20,000 bases of DNA, taken from assembly GCA_000934665.2 (NCBI GenBank), contig KZ538464.1, forward strand, positions 48,620 through 68,619. Direction: 5' to 3'. This document shows positions 19,519 to 20,000 of the stretch, in pieces. Below the pieces are notes generated by a model. That model was not told where the DNA came from. It saw only the letters and a program-made list of their open reading frames with translations, and searched no databases. Source of the DNA: Catajapyx aquilonaris. Lineage: Eukaryota. The position numbers and the translations under genes were made by a program. Each line of letters starts with the position of its first letter. Position 1 is the first letter of the stretch.

Positions 19519-19725
19519 TAAAGAACGGATTTTTAGGTTCTAAAAACCCTCAAGTAGGTAGGCATTCAGGCTATGAAAACAGTCAAAATAGGCTCTTAAA
19601 TTGGCACTACAAATCGGAAATCTTACAAAACGGCACGGCGTCAAAAAGGCGAAAGTATGTGAAAATAGGTGCTAATATGCCATTTAGGTCCCAACGCCCA
19701 AAATATGCAATTTTAGGTTCTGGGT
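19519..19725 (+). mobile_element. Orphan DNA-transposon end related to 3564
   Basis: TAAAGAACGGATTTTTAGG followed by repeated (T/A)TAGG motifs; right limit approximate. Confidence 0.45.
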
Positions 19726-19909
19726 CAATAGTGACAAAGGGTTCAATTTCATTTCAAAAATAAATAAATGTGAATGGCCTTTAAAGAATTTTTTTAAATA
19801 AAATAAGTTATTACCTCTGGTGTTCCCACAAAAATAACGGCCGAGATCGCAGACTTATATTTCACATTTTTAACATAAATTATAAACATGCTGTATCTAC
19901 AGCTGTATA

Positions 19910-20000
19910 CAGGGTGGTCGGTAAATGGCGGACAAGCTTCAGGTAGCGAGATTCCTTGTGAAAAATCAGTATATGGAAGTGAAGGTCATATTGCTCTACG
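19910..20000 (+). mobile_element. Left end of another Tc1/mariner-type MITE running off the window
   Basis: TATA|CAGGGTGGTC, the same CAGGGTG terminus as at 1815 and 13930; partner TIR not visible. Confidence 0.5.

Overview
Eukaryotic (probably arthropod) genomic DNA, not prokaryotic. The + strand carries most of a spliced BTB-BACK-Kelch (KLHL-family) gene. I can assemble 8 phase-compatible GT-AG exons (655-956, 1016-1187, 1246-1443, 5700-5812, 6519-6673, 6734-7057, 7112-7380 and a probable terminal exon 11531-11563; 1566 nt = 521 codons + stop). The start of the gene lies upstream of the window. Four introns are 54-60 nt; one is 706 nt and two are ~4.2 kb. The long introns, the putative 3' UTR and the downstream region hold many non-autonomous DNA transposons (MITEs) with readable terminal inverted repeats (TIRs) and target-site duplications (TSDs): TA (Tc1/mariner, pogo-like), 8-bp (hAT-like), 5-bp (hAT5-like), ATAT (piggyBac-like) and 4-bp (Sola-like). 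There is also a full tRNA-derived SINE with a 14-bp TSD and several orphan TE ends. No autonomous transposase or new multi-gene system is evident. The most unusual signals are: a MITE in the putative 3' UTR containing a textbook 51-nt spliceosomal intron; an ATAT-target piggyBac-like element whose end module is repeated with a different but still palindromic core; a pre-miRNA-sized intronic hairpin; a SINE core found with two different tails; a stop-free 3n intron; and the possible 3' end of a convergent minus-strand gene.
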